In this document: one piece after another, positions 52,183 through 64,000 of the stretch
How positions within the stretch are numbered: position 1 is the first letter of the stretch
How the letters are laid out: each line of letters opens with the position of its first letter
Assembly: GCA_015680685.1 (NCBI GenBank)
Contig: MNCI01000532.1
Location: 92,707 to 156,706, forward strand
Direction: 5' to 3'
Source: Gnetum montanum
Lineage: Eukaryota; Plantae; Gnetophyta
DNA: 64,000 nucleotides
Notes under the pieces: generated by a model
What the model saw: the letters and a program-made list of their open reading frames with translations, nothing else
What the model was told of the DNA's origin: nothing
Database searches by the model: none
Translations under genes and position numbers: made by a program

Positions 52183-52427
52183 TGATGAGATGCGATTCGC
52201 ATGAGCCATGATATCACGTCGTCCCCTACGATATGGCATACGTGATATCACGGTCCATCGTCATATCTATAAATAAGAGGTAGCTCTCCCTTATTTCCTC
52301 ATCCTGGTCTAGAAGTAGGGGGTTAGTCATACTCTAGAAGAGTCCATCCTGGTCTAGAGTACAGTTAGTCAAGGATGTGATATGAGTATGACTTAATTAC
52401 GAGCATATAGTGTGACTACTTGGTAAC
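52183..52427 (+). repeat. Truncated, rearranged 3' LTR of E
   Basis: 52183-52320 matches 45913-46067; it is followed by a patchwork segment and a match to ~46276-46402, then stops. Confidence 0.9.
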
Positions 52428-52429
52428 TC

Positions 52430-54725
52430 TTTTGGATTACATAATTTTGAGTAGATGTTAAACTATGTGGGGGTTCACCATGTTGAAGGTAAGTCTTAAT
52501 GTTGGCATACCACTCTTGGATATCTATTGTGTTGATAGATGTAATGTGTACTGCTTGAGTAATAGGATCTGTGTTATGAAAGCAGGAAAAGAGGCAAACA
52601 GGTGAGATTGCACATTCAATGGTAATGTGGCTAGTGCATCAACTACGGTGTTCTTGTTGCAAGGTACATGTTGAATTTCTAATGTTGTAAAATATTTCAG
52701 TAAACTCTTAGCTATATCGTAATAAGGTTGCAAATGGGAAGCCTTGCAAGCATAGAATTCAGTGATCTAGTTGACAACTAATTGCAAATTTCCTTGGACT
52801 ACCAAATGTTGAATATTTAGCTCTTGGGTTGCTAAGAGGGCCCTAAGAAGTCCTTCATACTCAGCTACGTTGTTTGTACAAAGGAATGTAAAGCGATATG
52901 CAAAGGGTCAAATTTTCCTAGAGGGAAATGTAATAACTATGGTGGTGCTTCCATGTCGTGTAGTTGAAGCACCATCAAAATGTAAGCTTGGTTCAAAATC
53001 AGATGGTACAGAGTTTAGGCTATTGATGTGTTCATATGGGAATTTACGTTCTATTATTGCTTGATCATGAACAAGTGAAGTTGTAAGCTGTGTGGCTATT
53101 TCTTGACCCTTTTTTGATGATTGGGCTACATAATGTAAATTGAATTCTACCATTATAGATTTCCATCAGGCTATCCTACTACTCTTGTACAAGTTTTTTG
53201 TGATAGCCTGAACTATGTTGCTCTTGCATATGATGTTGACCTTGCTATGAAATAGGTAATGTCTCCACTTTTTTAGCATAAATACTAGGGTGAGATAATA
53301 TTTTTCTACCTCATTGTACTTTGCCTTGTAAGCTATTAATGCATGGCTTAAATAATAGACTAGGATTTTAGACCCGTCATCTCTTTTTTGATATAGCAAC
53401 ATAGCAATAGATGTGTCTAAAGTGGCAAGGTAGATGTAGAAAGGCTTATCCCTTTGTGGTGGTTAATAGTTGGGAGGTGTAAAAGCTCTTTCTTTAGGTT
53501 ATCAAAGGCTTGTTGACATTGATCTATCCACTCAAAGTTGACCCCCTTTTTAAGTAGGTGTTGCATGGGGTTTAGCTTGTCTGTCAACCTTGAGATAAAC
53601 CTTCTGATAAACTGTATTATGCCTTGTAACCCACGTACCTCTTTAAGTTTTGTAGGCGGTGCTAAGTTGATGATGGCCCTCACTTTATCAAGGTCCACTC
53701 GTATTCCTATTTCCAACACTACAAAACCTAGCATGCATCTGATTTTAACTCTGAAAACATACTTCTGAGGGTTAAGGCATAGTTCATGCCTATGACAACG
53801 TTGGAGGACTATGTTGAGATCATTGTGATGATCAATAGCTTCCTTAAATTTGACTACCTATCATCCACATAATTGTTCAATCTCTCCAAGAGGTATTCAC
53901 TAAAAATATATGTCATCACTCGTTGATAAGTTGCTCTAGCGTTTTTGAGTCCAAAGGGCATCATTGTATAACAAAAGATTCCCCAAGGGGTCATGAAAGT
54001 GGTTGAAAACTGATGCTCCAGGTTTATATGGATTTGGTTATAGCCTAAAAACCCATCCATAAAGGACAGTATGGCATGACCAGTGATAGTATTTATAAGT
54101 TCATCAATACTTGGAAATGGGAAATCATCTTTAATTGTTGCTTTGTTCAAGTCTGAAAAGTCTATACAAATTCATATACCTCTCGTTTTCTTAGAAACTA
54201 CAACGATGTTCAATACCCATTCCAAGTAATCCACTGCCTGGATAGAACCAACTTGGTAAAGCTTGGTGATTTCATCATGTACATCTAGTGCAATCTCCAA
54301 TTTGATTTTATGAGCTTTTTGTTTATCTGCCTTGAGACATGGATCTAGGATGATGTTGTGTTGTATGAGCTGCAGGTCCAGGCCTAGCATGTCATCGTAT
54401 GACCATGCAAATACTTTAACATTGTCATGGAGCACTTTGGAAATGTTTTGGTGTACCTGTGAATGTAATAGAGAGCTAAATTTCAAGGTTTTTGCTTTAC
54501 CCCTAGTGGTAGTTACAAGGATTTCAGTGAGAGGATCCTTAGTTACATCCCCAACCTCTAGGTCTAAGGCTTGGACCAGATGTTCGGGCCAATCTATGGT
54601 ATTGTGAGAGGATAGCTCAAAGTCTACCAATTCTAGATTCAAGCATCTTGTACATTTGTTGTAGGGACCTATTAAGGTTAAAGGCGAACAAAGATCACCA
54701 TGCATAGCCATTTTTCTGAGCGAAC
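52430..54725 (-). pseudogene. pol: pol of B: RT, RH, aRH (integrase missing)
   Basis: VFAWSYDDMLGLD; MPFGLKNARATYQR...YVDD; KKWRHYL; LHFDGAST; QHVPCNKNTVVDALA. Confidence 0.95.
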
Positions 54726-54809
54726 CTATCACAAGAAGCAAATAAACCAAGTCAAGTGATACATGTTTGAAGCAACAACATGTAATGTAAATCAATAATG
54801 CAACTTAAG

Positions 54810-55280
54810 ATAATTGCCAATTTAAGGTCTTAGTAGATAGCAATAGTGTAATAGTTTGGTTTAAAACATAAAATGAATGCTAAAATTACCAATTTAAGGT
54901 CATGACAGACTATAACTAGGATACATGGTGGACCATCATAATGTAAAGTTTGGTCTAAAGTGTAATATGAATGCTAAAATTGCTAGTTTAGGATCATGGT
55001 GGACCATCACTGAGTCTAAGGTGTGAAACGAATGTTAAAATTGCTAGTTTAAGGTCATGGCGGACCATTACTAAGCCAATCATAAGTTAAAATTGCTAGT
55101 TTAAGGTCTTTGCATATCATCATATGACTATATTGTGGGTTAAAATTGCTAGTTTAAGGTCTTTGCGGACTGTCATATGGACTACATTATAGGTTAAGAT
55201 TGCTAGTTTAAGGTCTTTGCGGACCGTTACTAGGCTGTATTGTAGGTTAACATTCCTAGTTGAAGGTCTTTGCAGACTGT
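54810..55280. repeat. ~8 degenerate copies of aaaattgctagtttaaggtc at ~50-95 bp spacing
   Basis: Copies visible at ~54812, 54882, 54976, 55037, 55089, 55142, 55196, 55249. Confidence 0.85.
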
Positions 55281-55448
55281 AATAAGGTTTAAAATTTGTA
55301 GATATACAAGAAAAATTTTGGTGTGCCAACTTACTACACTGTTGATGAGTGCTACATTGTAGTGGGACTGCGCTACAATAGTGCTATGCTACAGTAGTGT
55401 CCTATGTTACTTGGAGCGTGAAAGTGAAAAGTGTTTTACCACATTGGC

Positions 55449-55456
55449 TATAAATA
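55449..55456 (+). promoter_or_regulatory. Candidate TATA box of the antisense gene in B
   Basis: ggcTATAAATAaggg ~130 bp upstream of the candidate first exon ending at TG|GTAAGT (55707). Confidence 0.5.
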
Positions 55457-55579
55457 AGGGATTAACCTCTGTTAAACTTATCATTTTCCTTGTCAGAGCC
55501 CACACTCAGAGCGTAGTGTAGTCAAATAGAGAGAGAGCATAATAGGCTTAGCGTAGTAGCTGGTACTACCTATTTGTAA

Positions 55580-58500
55580 ATGAGGTAATGGCGTACAAAG
55601 ATGAACACAAGCATCGGGGACTAGCCAAGGTGGACAAAGAGAGGAACACACTGGGACACCTATCCAAGGTGCACATTGAGGTGTAGCAAGAGGCTCCATA
55701 TGCTTGGTAAGTCGGTATGCTACCCTTGTTTCCATTATGTGATGCATCGCGTTAGGTTGTCATTTCCATTACTGTTGCCATTTTTTGCAACTATTGTCAC
55801 TATTTTTGTTTCCATTTTGGCTACTATGCCATGGTTATCACTACTTGGCCACAATGGCCATATGGTTGCTATGCTATGGCTGCATGCAGTACTACCTTGG
55901 CTACCATTGTTAAGAATGGTGATTGCACTATTGTAGGGGTTTGGACAGTTCTGCGTGGCGTAGTGCATGTTTGGCGTAGCGTACTACCCTTAAAGGGGAT
56001 TATTTATTTGCAAAGTTTTGCGACAACGTGACACATGTTTGGCATAGCGTAGCATGAGCTATTTCATGTGGTAGGGTAGGGTTGGGACAATGGAGGCACT
56101 ATGAATTCTTTTTCACCTATGCTGTTAGGACTATTACATTTTTTCTGTTATGCTATGCTATTATGATGGTAGGCCCTTAGGCTGTCATGCTCGCAATCTG
56201 TTATGCTGCTACACTATCAAACTTGTAACGCTGCTATGTTGTTAAGTTTTCCATGCTACTAAGATGGCTACATTGCAATGCTTATTCCATTGTTATGCTA
56301 CCTGTCTTGTTGCGTTCATTGTATTTGTTCCATTGCTATGCTGCATAAGGTGCAGTCGTCCTACTATGCTGTGTGTAACGTAGCCATCACCCTTGTGCAA
56401 AATATAGCTACTATGCAATGCTGTACAAGGTATGTCTATTATGTTGTGTTGTGTAACATGTACCTATCACACTGTGGGGTGCACTCACTGTTATTATGCT
56501 ACATAGGGCTTAATTGCTACACTATGCTACATGTGAAATTTTTTTACGTTGCATGCAATATTTACCTCTATTTTATGTGGGACTTATTGTTTCATGCTAA
56601 AGGAAAATTTGTAACTAGAGGATCATGCTATGCTACATGTAAACAAAGGGTCACACTACGCTACATGTAAATAGAGGGTCATGCTCCGCTACATGTGTGA
56701 TCATCACTTGAACATAGTGCTAACGTTTGATGCTTTGTCATGCAAGGTCATGTTGTAGCCCGTTCTGATTGTCCTTGAGGTGGTAGGAGTCCTATGCTAC
56801 CTTAGTGAATCCATGGCCAATGCGCCCCCACCCCATACATGGGTAGGGCAGTAGGTAGTCTGGTTTTGAAAGGGTGCATAGGAATTCCTAGAGTTCCTCC
56901 TTCGCCATTTTAATGTGATCATGTGGTCACACTTAACGGTTGAGACAACGGTTGTGCTTACATAAATGTTGTTTTCTAGGGCAAATCAGGGTATTCTGAA
57001 GTTCATGGTTGATGGGTTGATTAGTGATGAAAGGGCAGGAGGTTCAGACCAATGTCCAAGGGGCTTGAGGTGCCTAAGTTGGATCTAGGACATGCTCAAA
57101 TACAAATGCTACCACTTTTACAACATGCTATATGTCACTCGTCACATGGGCACCTGTTTTCAGAACCCACCTAGAACTGTTTACTGTGCTAACGGGTGAG
57201 TCCTGTAAAGGTATTTTAACATGTTATTCTAGACAAAAATTCTTATCATATTCTTGTATGTTGCCAAGTATTATATTGATAAGGGCAGTCTTCACGATAA
57301 CAAGGATACACTGGCATTGGACCAAATGGCTTTAGAAGAGTTCTCCTCTACTAGGAACGTCCATGCCAGTGTAATAGAACAACTTGGGCTTGATTTTAAA
57401 ACCTATCCAAATAGGTATTCCAAATTCTATGAGAAATGTAAAAAAGTTGGATGGTTGGATAGCGAATGGGCATCGTCTTGACCGATTACCATTGAAGACG
57501 TTATGGTGGAACTTACACCGTTTCCTACACCGTTTAAGCATGGTATGTTAAAACTTGCATTTGTTCTTATGCATTCTAGTGATAATGCACTTTTTTATTT
57601 TGCTAACTTTCTTGTTTGTTTCTAACCAGTGTAGTAGCAAAGGAGTTCCAATAGGTCACAGTGATCACCTCTGGGCGTGATGATACTAACCTCTTTTTCA
57701 ACTACAGGGAGGTGGAGGAGACTCAGCATTGGCTCTGCAATGGGATCCTAGCCACCCTTGCTCACAACAGTCAAGAGGATGGACTTGTGGATTTGTTTTT
57801 GGATGTAAATCCAAGTGTCTCAGCTACAGAAATTCTTTTCCTAGCTGATTCCTTCTTTGAAAAGACTAACCGCTTCTACACATGTGTTCACAATGTGCGG
57901 GTGGTGTTCAAAATTAATGACCAACTATTTCTAGATCTTTTTGGTGTCTCATCTGATGGCCTCCCTATAGTAGAAAAATCTAGGAGAGATGCAAACCATC
58001 AAGGGGACATTGAGGAATGGCTAGGGACAAGCAAGGACTGAAAGGGAACTTACATCCACAAAGTCAAGCCTGTCTTCCGTGGCCCAAATGGGTTACCCTA
58101 TCTTCTGTGCCTATGCTTTCCCCAAGCTACTCTCCCAAGAAAAAATCCTTGGAGTGGAGTAGGCTTGGATAATGAGGGAGGCCATGGAGGAAGGGACCCA
58201 TTACAACTGGGCCAAGTACCTTTTAGAAGGCTTACATGTTGAGATGGTCAAGCTTCGTGAGAACCTTGACTCTCGTTTCAATGTGCACTATGCCTTTTTT
58301 GTAGCTTGCTTGCAATAGTTTGCAGAATTCTTGGTGGTCTATGAAAATGACACTTGGGTACAGCATGACCATAACTAGATATCAAAGCCATGGATTTGCC
58401 AAGTTTTTCACACCACTCTATCCCAGGATCCCCTATAAGCTATTAGGAAATCGCTTTCAATAACGATGAGGGATCGGGTGACACGACTCTTTTGTTCCTG

Positions 58501-60401
58501 GGACAGTGTGGGAGAGGCACCTTCCATTAACATAGGCAATGTGTTAAGGGGGAATGCCTCATTGTAGAAATAGTGAAGACTAGGCTACAACGTAAGAAGT
58601 CTCGTCCTACAAAGGAACCTCCCTGTATGAATGAAGGAAGGGGGAAAAAGCTATCAATTAAAGTTTGTAAAGTGCAGCCCCTAGTTGGTAAGTGTGCTTG
58701 ATTGTTTTGTTACTATGGCACTTGCTACACTGTGTTATGCTATGTAGCGTCACATAGCATAGTGCTTGTTTCAAGTTGGAGTACCCTACTTATTGCAATT
58801 ACGTTTTATTAGCAGAAGAAGAATAAGAAGAGGAAGAGGCCCTAGCCCCTAGAAAAGAGGCACCTATTGAAGAGGAGGAAGAGGCCCCGACCACAGAAGA
58901 AGAGGCCCCTACTGTAAAGGAAGAGGCCCTTGCCAATGACCTTTTTGTTAAATTTGGTTTAGTACTTGAGGGGCACATGAGTGTTGAGGATGCCACCACA
59001 CTATTGGGTTAGTTGGAAAGAGAGGGGCTTCAATTTGATGCTGGTGAGTTTAAGCACTTGTTTAACAGTGTGTCGATGGGTGACCCCCCCACTATCACCC
59101 CTGAGGGTTTGCTAGGTAAGAGCTTTACACTATCATTTATGTTGTTCACTAGATTTGTTATTGTCCTCTCCACCATGGCTAACATGTTTTATTATTCAAA
59201 AAACACCGCTGTTAATGCCCCTGGTCCTTCTTATTTGATCCATCTCTGACCCTAGACCGAGACCCCTGATAAATTCACTTTTATGAAGGGGGTGGTCGAT
59301 GACATGATGGATTGTCTAAGGCAGATCGATCTAGAGATTGGTATGTTAAAGTTGCTATGCTAGGCTTTCTATGTTGTTGCAATCTTGCTATGTCACTATG
59401 ACCCATGCTCTCCCATGTGTGGTTGGAAGCTTCTCATCTCAAGTGGAATCCTAAGCAAGCCGTTGAGGTCAATGTCATGCTCAAACTTTTGCCTGAGGTA
59501 GCTGAAGTATCTCATCACATATATGATGAAGCAAGTAAATGTGCATTGTACTTGGCACGCTCCTTATGGGAGTGTAGGCATGTGAATGAAGACCTTTGGA
59601 AGTAGGTATATAAACTTGAGAAGGAAAAGGTGAACCTAACCACTAAGGTGGGGGATCTCCAATCTAGGAATGAATTTCTATTGGCCCAGGACACTCATGA
59701 TTGTAGTTGGTGTATGACTGTCATTGACTATGCAAGATATTGGATGGCCGTGAGAAGAAAAAATGAAGCCACATGCAAGATCATCGAACAGTGCATGCAA
59801 ATGGACCTTCTAGCCTAGAAGAACCAAGACTGAAAGGATTATAGCACAAAGGTTTATGAGTGGGGATAGGCACAGAAAAACCATAACAACATGTATAAAA
59901 TAGAATGTACTACCTATCGTAAACAATACCTGGATGCTTTAGTCAAGTTGCAAGCCCATGAGCTATTCCTTGATGTTATTAGTGCTTCTAGGGCTTATGA
60001 AAAGTTCATGCAATAGGTGATGGTCAGTGAATCTCTCAAAAAGGAAATGACCCTACCTACTAGTGAGACCACCATCACCACCTTTTCCCCAGGGCCACCC
60101 AGATGGACAGTTGTGGAAAAAGGGAAGGTTGTAGGAAGCACTGATCTAGGAGATAGGAATTAGGCCAGCGTTACTGAGGAGGAGATCTAGTGACGTCTTG
60201 TGGTTGGCATGGATAGGATATCCCCCAAAATGGATGTGGGGCTATCTTGGGTTAGTTACTTTTTGTTGTGTCATAGTTTATTTTATAAAAGCCTTTGTTG
60301 TATCTTTAATTCATTGTTTTATTTTCTTTCTTACACAGGATTTGAATGAAGATGCAGGACCCAGTGAAATAGGGAATGGTAATGCAAGTGAAGACTCATA
60401 G
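55580..60401 (+). pseudogene. Antisense multi-exon accessory gene of element B (PMD/DUF1985-like, acidic linker, coiled-coil-like tail)
   Basis: ORF pieces 57254-57481, 57661-58041, 59013-59249, 59405-59818; GT donors at 55707, 57543, 58688, 59116, 59341; final acceptor ttacacAG (60338); homologous to the A gene. Confidence 0.78.
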
Positions 60402-61080
60402 CATACTAGTGCAAGATTTTTATTCTTGTCTTTGAATTTAAATTTTTTTGTAAACATTATTGAATGAAGAATATAATTTGAAAGAACTTGTTTCATTTTG
60501 GTTAATGTGTTATATTTATTTTTGGTGTTTTTGGGCCCCCTTGTGGGCTTCTCATTTTAGTTTTAGGCTATTTCGGGCCGTCGCTACTTTTAGGCCATTT
60601 TGGGATATTTCTTAATGATAAAATATTTTTTTGTATATTTTTTGGAGAAGTGGAGTGGCCAGTTTTAGGCCTTAGCAAGCCACGATGGTAGTTTAAGGCC
60701 ATTCTAGACCGTTGTTAGTTTTAGGTCATTTCGGGCCTTATGTAAGGTATTGGTGACAAGGGTAATGCAGCAAGAAAGCTCAACATAAAATGCAAATCAA
60801 CAAATAGTTGACTTAATGTAAATAGAGAATTCATTATGAAATGTAAATGATGCAAATAGTGGACTTAATGTGGGAAGTGTAAATTACACAAGCAATGGAC
60901 TTAATGTAAAACATGCAACTACAATGAACCGGATGTAAACACGTGAATTATGTATACAACAAAATGTAAAACATAGTGTATACTATTGAAAGTATGAAAA
61001 ATTTTAATTATGTAGTTGTTTCCTAACCTGATGTGGGTTAGGCGAGGAATAGGACCAGGTGAACCTACATTGGTACTCTT

Positions 61081-61585
61081 CTATGTTATAGTTTGCAACC
61101 TGGAAGGGCAACTCGGCCCACATTTTTTCTTTGTTTGGACTAGTTTCAGCCTGTTTAGGTGTTTTAGTTTGAAGGAGGCTTGGTTTTTAGAGATTTCAAT
61201 CTTTGAACCTTGCTCCACTCCTATGTTGTTTATGGCTTGGGGAGCCACTTTGTTGTTGTGGATCATCACTTCTCCTCTTGTGTAGGGTAAGTGGATTTCT
61301 TGGTGTATTAGTAAGGAAATGACCCTCAGTTGGGCCAACCATGATCTCCTGAGGATTAGATTGAACCTAAGCATTTCCTCTACCATGATGAGCACTACTC
61401 TTGTGGGGAATTGGTCTCTTGCCACAAAGTTGATGTGGATAGTTCCCTTTACCACTACTCGTGCTCTGTTGAACGATTTCAAGCAGGAGGTTGCTATGGG
61501 CTTGATTTGATCAACCAAACCCAGTTTGTCCACTATAGGAAATGGGATGACATTTGTAGCAGCCCCATCATCAACATGTACCCTT
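61081..61585 (-). pseudogene. Aspartic protease of B
   Basis: RVHVDDGAATNVIP...FNLILRRSWLAQLRVISLLIHQEIHLPY. Confidence 0.92.
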
Positions 61586-61929
61586 NNNNNNNNNNNNNNN
61601 NNNNNNNNNNNNNNNNNNNNNNNNNNNNNNNNNNNNNNNNNNNNNNNNNNNNNNNNNNNNNNNNNNNNNNNNNNNNNNNNNNNNNNNNNNNNNNNNNNNN
61701 NNNNNNNNNNNNNNNNNNNNNNNNNNNNNNNNNNNNNNNNNNNNNNNNNNNNNNNNNNNNNNNNNNNNNNNNNNNNNNNNNNNNNNNNNNNNNNNNNNNN
61801 NNNNNNNNNNNNNNNNNNNNNNNNNNNNNNNNNNNNNNNNNNNNNNNNNNNNNNNNNNNNNNNNNNNNNNNNNNNNNNNNNNNNNNNNNNNNNNNNNNNN
61901 NNNNNNNNNNNNNNNNNNNNNNNNNNNNN
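61586..61929. other. Assembly gap (344 N)
   Basis: Run of N. Confidence 1.
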
Positions 61930-63019
61930 TAAGGCTGGAATGTAACGAACACCGAAAGAGATGCGGACAAGCACGGTCGACCCTGCCTCCGCTTGAGGGC
62001 AAGCTGGAGAGGACGAAGGCAGAGTGCCTTGGATGGTCCGCACGCGGATCAAACAAGGACTTCCCCGAGCGCCGCCGGAGCGTTATACGCTGGGTTATAC
62101 GTAAACGGGGCGTAAACAGCGAATCAGGCGTGCACGGCGTAAGTATACCGGGCGTAAACGGAATGGGGCGTGAACAGCGTAAACAGAAATGAGCACAGCG
62201 TGAGCGTACGGGCGTGAGCGTAAACAGCGTGAACGAATGTAGAGCGTAAGCAGGCGGGTGGTGTGAACAGTGGGCGTATATGAACGGAGACGGAGCGAAA
62301 ATGCAAACGGGCATGAACGAAGGGCGGGCCAAATTGACGTAAAATAAAAAAAGAACCCGCAGCGAGCGTAAACAATGACCGTCTTCGGGCACGAACCGAG
62401 CGCGGAGCGCGAGCGTAGACGGGCGAAAATAGGGGGCGGGCCAAATTAACGTAAAACTATAAGAAGAACTTGCTGTAAATGTAAGCAATAGATTATGGAA
62501 TTAAAATTTTGTGCACCGCTCTAACGCAGTTGTGTGGGGACACAAGGCAGACGTAAAGCCCCGGTGAACGGGAAGGATGCAGCTGGCGGACGCGGTGGGT
62601 GGAGCGCGGACTGTGCTCAGCGTGCAGCGTGCGGCGTGCAAGACTCTCGGCGTAAGCGTGAGCGTGTGAGGGTTTCAGCAGCGTGATTGCTCTGGGTCGG
62701 CTCTGGTGAATTTTTTGCGGACCTGGTAAACGTGGAAAACTGGGCTATTTATAGGGGTAGGGTTACCGGGAAAAGCGGATGGGGAAACATGTGGCGTACA
62801 GACCGGGCGTTACAATTTAGAAACTCGGTACACGCTGGGCGTATACATTACAAGCTGGCGTGTACGCTGAGCGTAATCATTTTCAAGCTGGGCGTATACG
62901 CCAGGCGTAGACGCAGGGCGTAGAGACCGACGGATGTCCACTTGCTTCAATCCTTGCTCTTTGGTGTCATCTTCATGTTGTCATTGGAAATCCTGTCGTC
63001 GAGCGTGTGCCCCTGCCGT

Positions 63020-63121
63020 ACCTGGGCGTATGCACTGAGCTGGGCGTAAACGCTGGGCGTAGACGCTGGGCGTGAACGCTGGGCGTGAACCCTGGGCGTG
63101 AACGCTGGGCGTAGACGCTGG
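63020..63121. repeat. 14-bp minisatellite (acgctgggcgt-r-r-a) x~6-7; related GCGT(A/G)AAC motifs throughout 62080-62920
   Basis: cgctgggcgtagacgctgggcgtgaacgctgggcgtgaaccctgggcgtgaacgctgggcgtagacgctgg. Confidence 0.9.
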
Positions 63122-64000
63122 CACAACACTTAAAAGATTTTTTGTGGTGTTTCATTGGCCCCTCTTTGTTGACGCTTGGAGGAATCAACCCGAGAAGCGT
63201 CGACAAAGAAGCGCAAAACACCACAAGCAGCTCGATAAAAGCCTTGTCCCCTGTCACCTGGCCAGACCTCATCGTACCGTGCTCAATGGTAAATGGGGTT
63301 GAAAGGGTGAGAGTGGAAACAGGTGAGAAGGCAGGGATCATGGGGATTGGTCGTTGCTCGAGAGACCATGCTGGGAGAGTAGGGTGCTCAGGTATGCAGC
63401 ATGCCGGTCCTTGTCGATAGCCGTCTTTCAGCCGACTCAGAATTGTGCGTCCTTTGGTGGAACGGTTTTCTTGGTGGTTTTTCAAGAGGACCAGTTGTCA
63501 CTACCAAAGCCACGGGGTGATGTTTTGCATTCTTTGGAGGAACAGCTCCCTTCTTTGGGGAAACCGTTAGCGTAGAGCCAAAGCCATGCGATAGGAAGTT
63601 TCTTGATTGCGTTAGACATGAATACGTTTTTTTTTTTTTTTTTTTTTTTGCACTTGTACTCATGCGCGAATCTTATGTTCTATATGTTACGACTGCTGTA
63701 GCGTTTCGCAGCGTGCAGTGGTTTGGTAGATTGATAGTGGGCTTTCGGGGAACGGGAATATGCGGGTTAACGGTTCGATTCAGTCTTGCCAGGTGAACGA
63801 ACGGACATTGCCTAATCTTGCTACTTATGATGAAACGTGCTCTCGTACGAGAGCTTCTGGGCGTCACCCTGCAAACACAACTCCAAAGAGACAAGAAAAC
63901 CATGAGTGCATTGACGAGTGTAGATTTAGGTAGCTGCAGGTGAACAAAAATACTACGGCGATTCTGAGCATTGAATGTGAATGTTGACGATGCTGATGAA

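Larger units (their letters stand above)
45913..52427 (+). mobile_element. Element E: Athila-like non-autonomous LTR retrotransposon (gag + PR, no RT/RH/INT core)
   Basis: 5' LTR, tRNA-Asp-type PBS, gag, Athila-type protease, long 3' region, atggggg PPT-like tract, rearranged 3' LTR. Confidence 0.85.
52430..61585 (-). mobile_element. Element B: second Tat/Ogre-type element (PR - 6 kb spacer - RT - RH - aRH), both ends lost
   Basis: Same domain order and spacer organisation as A, on the minus strand. Confidence 0.9.

Noticed and set aside
55493-56670. Cys/Tyr-rich ORFs (also 28262-28489, 335-697) as metal-binding proteins
   Set aside because: By-products of TG/CA-rich deaminated motif repeats; no domain pattern.
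61020-61032. CAG|GTTAGG as the splice donor of the PR-RT intron in B
   Set aside because: Not conserved at the aligned position in A or C, and its phase does not match the candidate acceptor.
61411-62488. Long ORFs spanning the N run
   Set aside because: Artefacts of translating Ns; only the protease part at 61081-61585 is real.
62973-63663. Protein-coding gene in the post-gap block
   Set aside because: Overlapping ORFs on both strands with no recognisable motif, partly made of minisatellite; cannot be supported without a database search.

Overview
Eukaryotic (land-plant-like, probably gymnosperm-type large genome; inferred) heterochromatic DNA made almost entirely of nested, decayed Ty3/Gypsy LTR retrotransposons, with strong CG/CHG depletion and no recognisable host gene. 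Main contents: (A) a ~22.4 kb Tat/Ogre-type element (+, ~664-23080; gag-PR, then a ~10 kb spacer, then RT-RH-aRH-INT); (C) a truncated relative (-, 23081-31034) carrying a solo LTR; a chromovirus RT-RH fragment; (F) a 2.6 kb non-autonomous LTR element with TSD AGTGG; (G, D) further gag(-PR) relatives; (E) an Athila-like gag-PR-only element (45913-52427); (B) a second Tat/Ogre-type element (-, 52430-61585); an N gap; and a CpG-rich block of different composition. The key observation is that A and B both carry, between protease and RT, a homologous ANTISENSE multi-exon gene with conserved intron positions, PMD/DUF1985-like motifs and a coiled-coil-like tail. It lies next to arrays of a CG-containing CTACGCT/AGCGTAG motif, which in A form ~18 nested palindromes at ~190-215 bp spacing. 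This suggests an accessory protein plus cognate DNA-motif module, possibly anti-silencing (hypothesis). A decayed minimal hammerhead ribozyme sits in an insertion in gag of A. All coordinates and alignments were read by eye, and boundaries in decayed regions are approximate.
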